From positions 395,095 through 459,094 of the forward strand of contig JBBDRA010000003.1 of assembly GCA_040905715.1 (NCBI GenBank): a stretch of 64,000 nucleotides of DNA. The letters are read 5' to 3'. This document shows, piece by piece, positions 56,042-64,000 of the stretch (position 1 is its first letter; each line of letters opens with the position of its first letter). The DNA comes from Minisyncoccota bacterium. GTDB lineage: Bacteria; Patescibacteriota; Minisyncoccia; Phycocordibacterales; CSBR16-193. The translations under genes were made by a program, and so were the position numbers. The notes beneath the pieces are model-generated. The model was not told where the DNA came from and ran no database searches. It saw nothing but the letters and a program-made list of their open reading frames with translations.

Positions 56042-57961
56042 ATGTATATCATTGACGTTATCCCCATAGCAAAAGGAATGGGCAAAGATCATTTGTCATA
56101 TTTTACCTCACAAGAGGTCCTGCCGGGCAAACTGGTCACCGTACCCGTACGCAAACGCACGCTTTCCGCGCTTGTCGTGAACTGTGAAAGCGCACAGAAG
56201 CGCAAGACCGAATTGAAATCCTCCGGCTTTGCACTCAAGAAGATAGCCAAGCTTCACAAGACATCCTTTTTAGACGAAGGACTGATCACCGCTGCTCGAG
56301 ATACAGCAACATATTTTGCCACAACGCCCGGCCGAGTACTTCAGACGATCATTCCAAGCGCGATCCTAAACGATCTATCTTCGATAAAAAAACCCAAGAA
56401 TTCAACACGGAATACGAAAAAGAACCTTGAGCAGACGAAAACAACGCACGAAAAGTTCCTGCTCCAAACACAGCCAAGTGAACGCCTGGCACACTACAAA
56501 AGCCTGATCCGAGAAGACTTCGCCAAGGATCAGTCTGTTTTTTTCTGTCTCCCGACGATCGAAGATATCAACAAAGCAAAAGCAACCTTAGAGAAAGGTA
56601 TCGATACCTACACTTATGTTTTGCACAGCAACTTAAGTAAAAACAAACTCCAAGAGATCTGGAATGAGATCACGCAACAGAACCATCCGGTACTGATCAT
56701 TGCCACACCGCTTTTCCTATCGATCCCCCGAAATGATCTCGGCACGATCATAGTCGAACGTGAAGCTTCCCAAAGTTATAAGCAACAGTCCGCGCCATTT
56801 CTTGATATGCGCACTTACGCTGAGTTCTTATCACGCGCACGCGGTGTTCGTTTTGTTCTCGGCGATACACTTCTTCGAGTTGAGACACTCAAACGATACC
56901 ATGACCTTGAGTTTACTGAATACATGCCGCTCAAATACCGATCACTGACCTCTGCACAAACATCACTAGTAGATATGCGCGAAAGCGTCGCTAACGAGAA
57001 TGATGAATTCCCGATCATCAGCCCGGAACTCAAGGAACTTCTTTCAAACGCTCTCGAGAAAAGTGAATTAACCTTCTTGTTTGCAAGTCGCCGGGGACTT
57101 GCTCCAATAACTGTCTGCGGAGACTGTGGTGCCCTGGTTCGTTGTAAGTACTGCGAGACTCCTGTTGTGCTTCACGAAATAAGTGAGAATACTGAACACA
57201 ATGTATTTCAATGTCACAAATGTGGCACAACTCGCTCGGCCCATGAAACCTGTAAAAGCTGTGGTAGTTGGCGACTCAACGCTCTCGGTGTCGGCGTCGA
57301 AAGAGTTATTGAATCGATCACAAAGTCATTTCCTGATGTCACCATCTTTCGAATAGACAAAGACAACACACGCACCCATAAACAGGCCCTCAGCGTCATT
57401 GAAAAATTTTACCAAACACCCGGCAGCGTCCTGATCGGCACTGAAATGGGTATCCTCTATCTTTCTGAGGAGATCGAGAATATTGGCGTTGTCTCCCTCG
57501 ACAGCCTGTTTTCGGTACCTGACTTTCGCATTAACGAAAAGATCATCAATATTCTCATTACGCTTCGCCTTCTCGCGCAGAAACAGTTTCTGGTCCAAAG
57601 CCGAAACGCTGAACAACCTATTCTTCAGCACGGTCTTTCCGGAAACCTGATCGACTTTTATCGACAAGAGGTGACGGTCCGCAAACAATTTTCCTATCCA
57701 CCTTTCACTGTTCTTGTTAAGATCACTCGTCGTGGAACCCAAGACAAGGTTGAAGCAGATATGAAGTGGCTTCAAGATACGGTTGGATCTGATCGCATAA
57801 CCATGTATGCCGGATCCCCACCGATCGTAAAAGGAAAATTTGTAATGAACGCTCTTATTAAAGTTCCACGTGAGCAGTGGGTGGACGAACCCCTCCTTAC
57901 GTTACTTAATTCCCTTCCACCTCAATTCATTATTCAGATCGATCCGCAAAATATTCTTTGA
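56042..57961 (+). CDS. priA: Primosomal protein N' (helicase motifs degenerate)
   Basis: N-terminal 3'-DNA-binding domain, RRG + four CxxC, PDFR..E and YPPF motifs. Confidence 0.9.
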   Translation: MYIIDVIPIAKGMGKDHLSYFTSQEVLPGKLVTVPVRKRTLSALVVNCESAQKRKTELKSSGFALKKIAKLHKTSFLDEGLITAARDTATYFATTPGRVLQTIIPSAILNDLSSIKKPKNSTRNTKKNLEQTKTTHEKFLLQTQPSERLAHYKSLIREDFAKDQSVFFCLPTIEDINKAKATLEKGIDTYTYVLHSNLSKNKLQEIWNEITQQNHPVLIIATPLFLSIPRNDLGTIIVEREASQSYKQQSAPFLDMRTYAEFLSRARGVRFVLGDTLLRVETLKRYHDLEFTEYMPLKYRSLTSAQTSLVDMRESVANENDEFPIISPELKELLSNALEKSELTFLFASRRGLAPITVCGDCGALVRCKYCETPVVLHEISENTEHNVFQCHKCGTTRSAHETCKSCGSWRLNALGVGVERVIESITKSFPDVTIFRIDKDNTRTHKQALSVIEKFYQTPGSVLIGTEMGILYLSEEIENIGVVSLDSLFSVPDFRINEKIINILITLRLLAQKQFLVQSRNAEQPILQHGLSGNLIDFYRQEVTVRKQFSYPPFTVLVKITRRGTQDKVEADMKWLQDTVGSDRITMYAGSPPIVKGKFVMNALIKVPREQWVDEPLLTLLNSLPPQFIIQIDPQNIL

Positions 57962-58045
57962 TCACGTTTGGCACGTAGACAAACCATTTGTAACAATGCT
58001 ATAACATGGTGGACTGTTCTTCACCATCAACCATGGAGATCACTG

Positions 58046-58306
58046 ATGCGACGACTCATCGCTACCGCTCACACTCCTGTGCACATTGTACGCACACGCG
58101 TACTGCACCTGAGAATACTCTATAGACGCGGCCGCGGGAGGTTCAACGGACACGATTTCACCCCTTGTCCCAAGTGCGGAAACGACACGCTCGCGAAAGC
58201 CAACTTTGATCTTAAAAAGAGCGACATCGCTGGTCCCGGCATCTGGCCAGGCGAATACCACGGTCAATGCATACATCCGCACTGTGATCATCGTGAATCT
58301 GTGTGA
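58046..58306 (+). CDS. Small zinc-ribbon ORFan
   Basis: CPKC...CIHPHC, GGAG SD, own promoter, terminator 58338-58369. Confidence 0.55.
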   Translation: MRRLIATAHTPVHIVRTRVLHLRILYRRGRGRFNGHDFTPCPKCGNDTLAKANFDLKKSDIAGPGIWPGEYHGQCIHPHCDHRESV

Positions 58307-58401
58307 CCTTCCGGTTTGATCTCCATAACAACCTTCTGCCCTCTCCGTAAAACGGTCCAGGGCTTTTTCTTTTCTCACTATTCCGATACAATTCACTGAT
58401 C

Positions 58402-58968
58402 ATGCCTATATCAAAGATCGTTCAGGAAGGGGAAGGCACTATACTGCGCAAACGAGCCAAGGACATTAAAGAATCCGAGATCGGCTCTGAGACTCTTTCG
58501 AATATCATCCAAAAAATGAAAGACGTTCTCGCCCTCCAAGACGACGGGGTGGCAATAGCAGCGCCACAGATCGGCGAATCACTGAGAGTATTCGTGGTAT
58601 CCGGTAAAGTCTATGATCAACTTGAGAGATCTGATCAACCAGAACTCGACAGAATCGATGAGTCCCGCAAAAAAAGAAGCCCCGACAAAACATTTATTAA
58701 TCCCGAGATCATTAAAACCTCAAAGGAAACCCTTCCTCTTGACGAAGGATGCCTGTCGGTTCGTCACTACTACGGGCAAGTACTTCGCCACAGTAAAGTT
58801 ACTGTCAGAGCACTCGATGAAGAGGGCAACGCATTCACAGAAGGGCGTTCCGGTCTTCTCGCGCAGATCTTTCAGCACGAGACCGATCATCTCAACGGTG
58901 TTCTATTTATAGATAAAGCAAAGAAAGTTGATTATCGAGCGCCGAAGGAGAAAAATGAAACAAAATAA
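58402..58968 (+). CDS. def: Peptide deformylase
   Basis: GVAIAAPQIG, EGCLS and QHETDHLNG motifs. Confidence 0.98.
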   Translation: MPISKIVQEGEGTILRKRAKDIKESEIGSETLSNIIQKMKDVLALQDDGVAIAAPQIGESLRVFVVSGKVYDQLERSDQPELDRIDESRKKRSPDKTFINPEIIKTSKETLPLDEGCLSVRHYYGQVLRHSKVTVRALDEEGNAFTEGRSGLLAQIFQHETDHLNGVLFIDKAKKVDYRAPKEKNETK

Positions 58969-59046
58969 ATGGAAGGATCTGAAAATAAAATATTAAAGTG
59001 TAAGATCCTTGTAAAATAATAGATCACCTTTAGATACTTTTCATAC

Positions 59047-59904
59047 ATGAATACAAACATAAAAATGGTTTTTTTCGGCACCGACGATTTTTCAATACTT
59101 GTTCTCGAAGAACTAGCTCGTCGCGATATCCTTCCTGACCTTGTTGTCACCGCGCCGGACACACCACAAGGTCGACAGCTCAAGGTTCTGCCACCCTCGG
59201 TAAAGGTCTGGGCACTCGCTCACAACATACCGTTCCTTCAACCGTACTCACTAAACGAGGCATTCGGCAACGAACTCAAACGTCAGGAATGGGATGTTTT
59301 CCTGGTAGCTTCATACGGCAAAATAATACCCAAGGAGATACTGGATATTCCAACCAATGGATCATTAAATATTCACCCTTCCCTGCTTCCGAAGCTTCGC
59401 GGGGCTTCACCGATCCAGAGTGCTATTCTTACTGAAGAAGAAACCGGAGTAACACTCATGCTTATGGACGAAAAAATGGATCACGGCCCCATAATTGCTC
59501 AGAAAAAAGTTTCTATCGACAGCTGGCCACCTAAGGCAAATATCCTAGAAGCCATTCTTGCGCGTGAAGGAGGTGCGCTATTTGCTGATAATCTTCATCC
59601 GTGGATCAAAGGAGAGAAAAAGTCAGAAGAACAAGACCACTCACAAGCCACGTTCACTAAAAAAATAACAAAAGACCAAGCCGAGCTTGATCTATCAGAC
59701 GATCCTGAGAAAAACTTTCGCAAGATCCAGGCGTTTCATGAATGGCCACGTGCGTACTTTTTTACGACCAAAGACAACAAGCAGTTTCGGGTGATCGTTA
59801 CCGATGCAAAACTTCAGAACGACCAACTGGTCATTAAACGAGTTATCCCTGAGGGCAAGAAAGAAATGGATTTTGAATCGTTCGAACGAGGATATCGAGA
59901 ATAA
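59047..59904 (+). CDS. fmt: Methionyl-tRNA formyltransferase
   Basis: FFGT, NIHPSLLP..RGASP and MDHGP motifs. Confidence 0.97.
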   Translation: MNTNIKMVFFGTDDFSILVLEELARRDILPDLVVTAPDTPQGRQLKVLPPSVKVWALAHNIPFLQPYSLNEAFGNELKRQEWDVFLVASYGKIIPKEILDIPTNGSLNIHPSLLPKLRGASPIQSAILTEEETGVTLMLMDEKMDHGPIIAQKKVSIDSWPPKANILEAILAREGGALFADNLHPWIKGEKKSEEQDHSQATFTKKITKDQAELDLSDDPEKNFRKIQAFHEWPRAYFFTTKDNKQFRVIVTDAKLQNDQLVIKRVIPEGKKEMDFESFERGYRE

Positions 59905-59912
59905 AAGATTCT

Positions 59913-60137
59913 CTACCGGATATCTTGTGAGTCATTCGGCTCGTTATCGCCCTCACTCATATCCTGCAGAAGATCACTTCCTACTCCGCCCGGATTTAAC
60001 ATACGAGAATGACTATGCGCCTGCTCAGCATCCTGATACAAGGCGGTCATGATAATTGTTATTGCAACCGCCCAAACGAGTACTGCCACAAAAAGATATG
60101 GGTGGATAGGCTTATGTTTACTCGTGCGTATATACAT
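59913..60137 (-). CDS. Small single-TM protein
   Basis: One hydrophobic helix; co-directional with the raiA/hpf gene. Confidence 0.5.
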   Translation of the reverse strand: MYIRTSKHKPIHPYLFVAVLVWAVAITIIMTALYQDAEQAHSHSRMLNPGGVGSDLLQDMSEGDNEPNDSQDIR

Positions 60138-60149
60138 ACATTATTATGT

Positions 60150-60524
60150 CTATTTACGACCCCAGCCGCGAAGCATCTCTTTTAATTTCTTTCCACCTTT
60201 CCGTAGCAGAGTTGTTTGTTTTTTCTGGTGAGACTTCAACTGCCTCTCAAGATCATCGCGCGCCTCATCAATAGCGGCATATAGGTCTATTTCTTCAGCC
60301 TCGGCATACAGGTCTTTGCCGGCAATATGTAGATTAAATTCCGCACGATATACCTCACCGGTTTTGTGGTGTTCGGTTGTCCTGCCCAGGTCAACATCGC
60401 ACATCGCACTTTCATCATTCGGGTCAACTAATTTTTCACTAACTCTGCTAAGCTTTTTTTCAAGATAATTGGTTATTGCATCGCTAAGATCAATGTTCGT
60501 TGCCTGCACAATATTGATTTTCAT
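60150..60524 (-). CDS. raiA: Ribosome hibernation factor (RaiA/HPF, short form)
   Basis: NIDLSDAI..Y..KK and DLYAAID...D.LERQL motifs. Confidence 0.9.
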   Translation of the reverse strand: MKINIVQATNIDLSDAITNYLEKKLSRVSEKLVDPNDESAMCDVDLGRTTEHHKTGEVYRAEFNLHIAGKDLYAEAEEIDLYAAIDEARDDLERQLKSHQKKQTTLLRKGGKKLKEMLRGWGRK

Positions 60525-60714
60525 ACAAGTATATATTTATTGGCCGTAGTTTAATTACGATACCCTTAGTATATCACAGCAGTATTTACACTATTCCCCA
60601 CCTCGTCCGCCACACTCTGAGTTATGTGATAACGGACCACCTGCACTATCCCGCACTATCTTTGATCAATGACAGTGTGCAGAGATAATACTTACCAACA
60701 CAGATAAACAAACG

Positions 60715-61194
60715 TTATACACCTCGTCTTTTAAAATGCGTAGGTAATACGATCTTCTGGAGCACATTCCCGGTCATTGCCACCATAACATCGTCTTTCG
60801 TTACTCCTTCCGAAAGATTTAGTAATGCGTCCAAGCTGTACAAGGTAAAGAGGTATCGATGGCGCTCTCCGACAGGAGGGCACGGACCGTAATATCCGAT
60901 ATTCCCGGACGTACCTACCCCCAATGTACCGTCTGGATCTTGGCCTTCAGGTATATCAGTTGTCTCCGGCAGTATGTCAAACACTATCCAGTGATCGAAT
61001 ACACCGGTTGGGGCATCAGGATCATCCATTGTCAACACAAGAGACCGGGCTTCTTCATCAACACCGCTAATAGTAAGAGGTGGACTAATATTGTCACCGT
61101 CACATGTATATTTAACCGGTAGATCTTTACCTTCCTCAAAAGCAGTACTGGAAAGTGTAAGTCCATTCCTTTCTAGATCGTTCATTTTGCTCAT
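60715..61194 (-). CDS. YbhB/YbcL (PEBP/RKIP-like) protein
   Basis: YTCDG.NISPPL, DPDAP...F.HW and YYGPCPP..HRY.F motifs. Confidence 0.93.
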   Translation of the reverse strand: MSKMNDLERNGLTLSSTAFEEGKDLPVKYTCDGDNISPPLTISGVDEEARSLVLTMDDPDAPTGVFDHWIVFDILPETTDIPEGQDPDGTLGVGTSGNIGYYGPCPPVGERHRYLFTLYSLDALLNLSEGVTKDDVMVAMTGNVLQKIVLPTHFKRRGV

Positions 61195-61300
61195 TTCTCT
61201 TTAGACAGCGCAACAACCGTATTTATGACACACCGGAGATAATAAAACCGCCCAGCTAATGCTGAGACGGTGTCGAAACGCTTCTATCATGTGATGACGC

Positions 61301-61552
61301 TTATTTTTTGATCTTTCTCTTCCTCGGGACTAAACTTTTCTTGGTGAATTTCCCCGTGCGCCGACCGGCCGGTTTCCCATGGATCGGACAATCCGGATTT
61401 TTTGAGCTGATGGGGCCGAATATCACTCCGAGTGAATTGCGATATCGAGAACAAGAACATTTCTTCCCGTAAATTACATCATCACATACAGGACAGGTTG
61501 GATACGTAGTACTGTGCTCGTTACCACATTTTCCGCATCTGATTTCAATCAT
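61301..61552 (-). CDS. Small Cys-rich, basic-tailed ORFan
   Basis: CGKC..CPVC..CSC..CPIH, AAGGAG SD, downstream hairpin. Confidence 0.55.
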   Translation of the reverse strand: MIEIRCGKCGNEHSTTYPTCPVCDDVIYGKKCSCSRYRNSLGVIFGPISSKNPDCPIHGKPAGRRTGKFTKKSLVPRKRKIKK

Positions 61553-61753
61553 CTCTCACTCTCCTTGTTGCATTTTTGAAGCAAAAAATAACTCTCAGCC
61601 TCCCTCTCCCCACGTATAGTACCGTTCTTTACACTTCGTGCAAGCAAGCAAATTAATGTGCAACCAAACCTACAATAGTGTGTAACAACCTGTATTACAT
61701 GCTCTTATATCGCTTCACTGTTGCACAAAAGACATCCTCTCTCACAACAAAAG

Positions 61754-62740
61754 CTAAAGGAACAGCGTACCAATCTGCGCCAGAACAAAAAATAAGTATA
61801 GCACAACGAGCAAGAGTCCTTCCCTTCGAGAGATCGATCTTTTTGACTTCAAGAAAAGCGACGCAAAGAAGAAAGACAAAGCAGTAAAAACAATACCGAC
61901 CATCAAAATGTGCGAGTCATTCAAACGAACGGGAGAAATGAGTGCCACTATTCCAAGCGTCAATGTTGAGTTGATAGCCGCCGCCCCAAAAATATCGCCG
62001 AGCGCCACACCGCCGTGTTTTTTCAATACACTTCGCAAGCCAATAGTAAGTTCAGGCAGACTGGTACATGTACCGACGATCAATACCCCCACGAGTACTT
62101 CAGATATACCAATTGCGAGCGAGAAGTCCTTTGCGTTTACAACTATCGTAAGTGTAGCAACGATCAAAGCAGCAACACCTATCGCAAAAATAAGTAAGTG
62201 TTTAGAGAAATCTTTCCAACTCGTAGCAACCTCATTCACTGAAGCAACTAGGTGAGGACGGAGAACTTTGCGGCCCAAAATAGTATCGTCAATGTCTAGA
62301 AGTCTAAATATAAGCACAACAAAAAGCACTAACAGTATTGAACCGTCAAGCCGCGAAAGCGTACCATCGAGCGCCAGCATAAGTGGGGCAAGCATCACAG
62401 AGAGTTCGATGAGCCGATTTTCCTTAAAGTGTGCGTAATCTTTAAGATTGATTGAACCACCCACAACAGCAACGGCACCAAGTATAAGCGTGAGATTCAC
62501 TATGTTAGTACCGAGAATATCTCCAAATGAAAGCTCTGATACACCCAAAAGAGCGGAATTGATACCCACCGATAACTCAGGAAGCGCGGTCGCGAGTGCG
62601 ATCAAGAAGAAAGAAAGCACGTACTCAGAGACGGAAAGAAAACGCGCCAGCACACTCAGCGACCGAACAACGTACTTCCCTGCCTGGATCAAGGCAAAGA
62701 TCGCTATAAAAATGACAAGAAGAGAATAAAAAATATCCAT
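61754..62740 (-). CDS. Na+/Ca2+ (YrbG-like CaCA) antiporter
   Basis: Two alpha repeats: TALPE..GDILGTN and TSLPE..GDIFG. Confidence 0.92.
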   Translation of the reverse strand: MDIFYSLLVIFIAIFALIQAGKYVVRSLSVLARFLSVSEYVLSFFLIALATALPELSVGINSALLGVSELSFGDILGTNIVNLTLILGAVAVVGGSINLKDYAHFKENRLIELSVMLAPLMLALDGTLSRLDGSILLVLFVVLIFRLLDIDDTILGRKVLRPHLVASVNEVATSWKDFSKHLLIFAIGVAALIVATLTIVVNAKDFSLAIGISEVLVGVLIVGTCTSLPELTIGLRSVLKKHGGVALGDIFGAAAINSTLTLGIVALISPVRLNDSHILMVGIVFTALSFFFASLFLKSKRSISRREGLLLVVLYLFFVLAQIGTLFL

Positions 62741-62930
62741 AGATTCTAAGTTCTGAATAATGTGAAATCCTAACGATCTCTTCACAATCGGTATCTAACA
62801 TATATCAGTATAACTGAAATAGTATCTTACCGTATGGGGACTGGACATTCTAAATACAGAAATTCTAAAAGCCACCATTACACCGATCAATTTCTGTGGC
62901 AGAAAATCTTCGGTTTGCTAAGATGGTTAC

Positions 62931-63245
62931 ATGTCAAAAAAGAAGATGTCCAGCGGCACAGCACACAAACTACCGAGCGATCTGCGAAGAGCGCTTTCCT
63001 CCTCTTCGAAAGCCCTTGTGACATGGGAGGACATTACACCCCTTGCCCGCAATGAATGGATCTGCTGGACGATATCGGTCAAGACCAAAGAAACAAGAAA
63101 AAAACATATTGAACGAGCAATTGAGGAACTCGCGGAAGGAAAGCGCCGCCCGTGCTGCTGGATGGGTTGCGTCCATCGGAAAGACAAGCCGGCAAGCCCT
63201 TCACAAAAATACCTACTCAATAGACATTCCAAGAAGTCATCGTGA
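62931..63245 (+). CDS. YdeI/OmpD-associated family protein
   Basis: LP.DL..AL...W..ITPLARNEWICW..S.K..ETR and RRPCCW.GC motifs. Confidence 0.88.
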   Translation: MSKKKMSSGTAHKLPSDLRRALSSSSKALVTWEDITPLARNEWICWTISVKTKETRKKHIERAIEELAEGKRRPCCWMGCVHRKDKPASPSQKYLLNRHSKKSS

Positions 63246-63260
63246 GGACCATCAAATCTA

Positions 63261-63288
63261 TGAACGCCTCAACGCGTTGAGGCGTTCA
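63261..63288. repeat. Perfect 28-bp palindrome sharing a 24-bp core with 2536-2567
   Basis: TGAACGCCTCAACGCGTTGAGGCGTTCA. Confidence 0.8.
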
Positions 63289-63438
63289 GCATAATACATT
63301 ACTGCTATCGCGATGAGGTTAAACCGGTGTTTGCTCCGATTGATAAAGGAAGTTAGAACGTGTTTGGTATAAAAAGAACCCTTCGCTTGTCGCTAAGGGC
63401 TCAGTACGCAATATGGATTTCAGAGAGCTTAAGTGCCC

Positions 63439-63807
63439 TCAGCCAACGTCGGTGTAACTGTACTCTTTGCCTTGTAGGTCAGGGCATAGCTCTTCGAGCT
63501 TTGCACGAATAACTTCAAAGCGTTTTTCGGAGAGTGATTCCCAATCACACACCTCAAACCAAGCAACTTTGTGCAACTCTTGAAGCAGCTTGTGCGCGGC
63601 GTCGCTTTGGTTGCCAATACTCGAATCTCGTTGTTGCACAAGAGCGCGTATTCTTCGATGTAACTCCCCACAAGCGTTATTCGCTGTCTCATGTGCTTGA
63701 GGAGAGTTCGAACCAGAAAGACCTTCTTCATATCTGACTTTATCTACGAGCTTGTTTATTTCCAGGTCAGATGTGTGCTGGGGATAATAAGGTGCTCCAC
63801 CGGGCAT
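63439..63807 (-). CDS. Hypothetical protein (ORFan)
   Basis: AAAGGA SD before the ATG; downstream terminator near 63371-63403. Confidence 0.6.
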   Translation of the reverse strand: MPGGAPYYPQHTSDLEINKLVDKVRYEEGLSGSNSPQAHETANNACGELHRRIRALVQQRDSSIGNQSDAAHKLLQELHKVAWFEVCDWESLSEKRFEVIRAKLEELCPDLQGKEYSYTDVG

Positions 63808-64000
63808 GGTGCATCCTTTCAGTTAAGAATTAAAGGAACAGGAGTGTTTGCCAACAATAGTACCACTGAGAATGAAGTTCGACTTCACTATTTCCACCAC
63901 GTCTATCTCTTCCTCTGAAGCCTCTTCGGGTGATTCGATTTCAGGATGCTTCTTTCTTTGGGCTGGAGCTCAGACTATATCATCTGTGACAGTAGAGAAG

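Noticed and set aside
60560-60700. Hairpins upstream of raiA/hpf as a possible raiA-motif RNA
   Set aside because: They lie upstream of the apparent -10 (TATACT) and I cannot match the motif consensus
64-63918. Numerous 60-150 aa ORFs antisense to or nested in housekeeping genes
   Set aside because: Shadow ORFs with no motifs, overlapping well-supported genes
63845-64000. Possible gene fragment at the right edge
   Set aside because: No convincing frame can be established from the available sequence

Overview
A 64 kb stretch of a small, streamlined bacterial chromosome using the standard genetic code. Gene content suggests Patescibacteria/CPR, probably Parcubacteria (inference): archaeal-type non-discriminating AspRS, short ProRS, HTH-MurA fusion, degenerate PriA, TrmB-family regulators, and few Shine-Dalgarno sites on core genes. 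Most of it is housekeeping: tRNA synthetases, a split dcw cluster, the mre cluster, scpAB, dnaB/recR, def/fmt, ribosomal proteins and two tRNAs. The most unusual part is 30.5-35.4 kb. (1) A 1728-bp recombinase-only element sits at the 3' end of tRNA-Glu. It carries a perfect 131-bp inverted repeat that includes an inverted copy of its own predicted excision junction, and the predicted excised circle has no stop codon in the recombinase frame. (2) Two tandem modules each pair a TrmB regulator with a convergent, promoter- and terminator-bounded structured RNA of about 250-280 nt; the two RNAs share architecture and each has a tiny MD(F/V)-stop ORF. Other candidates include a dif-like site in front of a Xer recombinase, structured leaders or sRNAs (near scpA, an SLT-like gene and greA), repeats at the tRNA-Ala 5' end, and a pair of paralogous ORFans. 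All RNA structures were assigned by eye.
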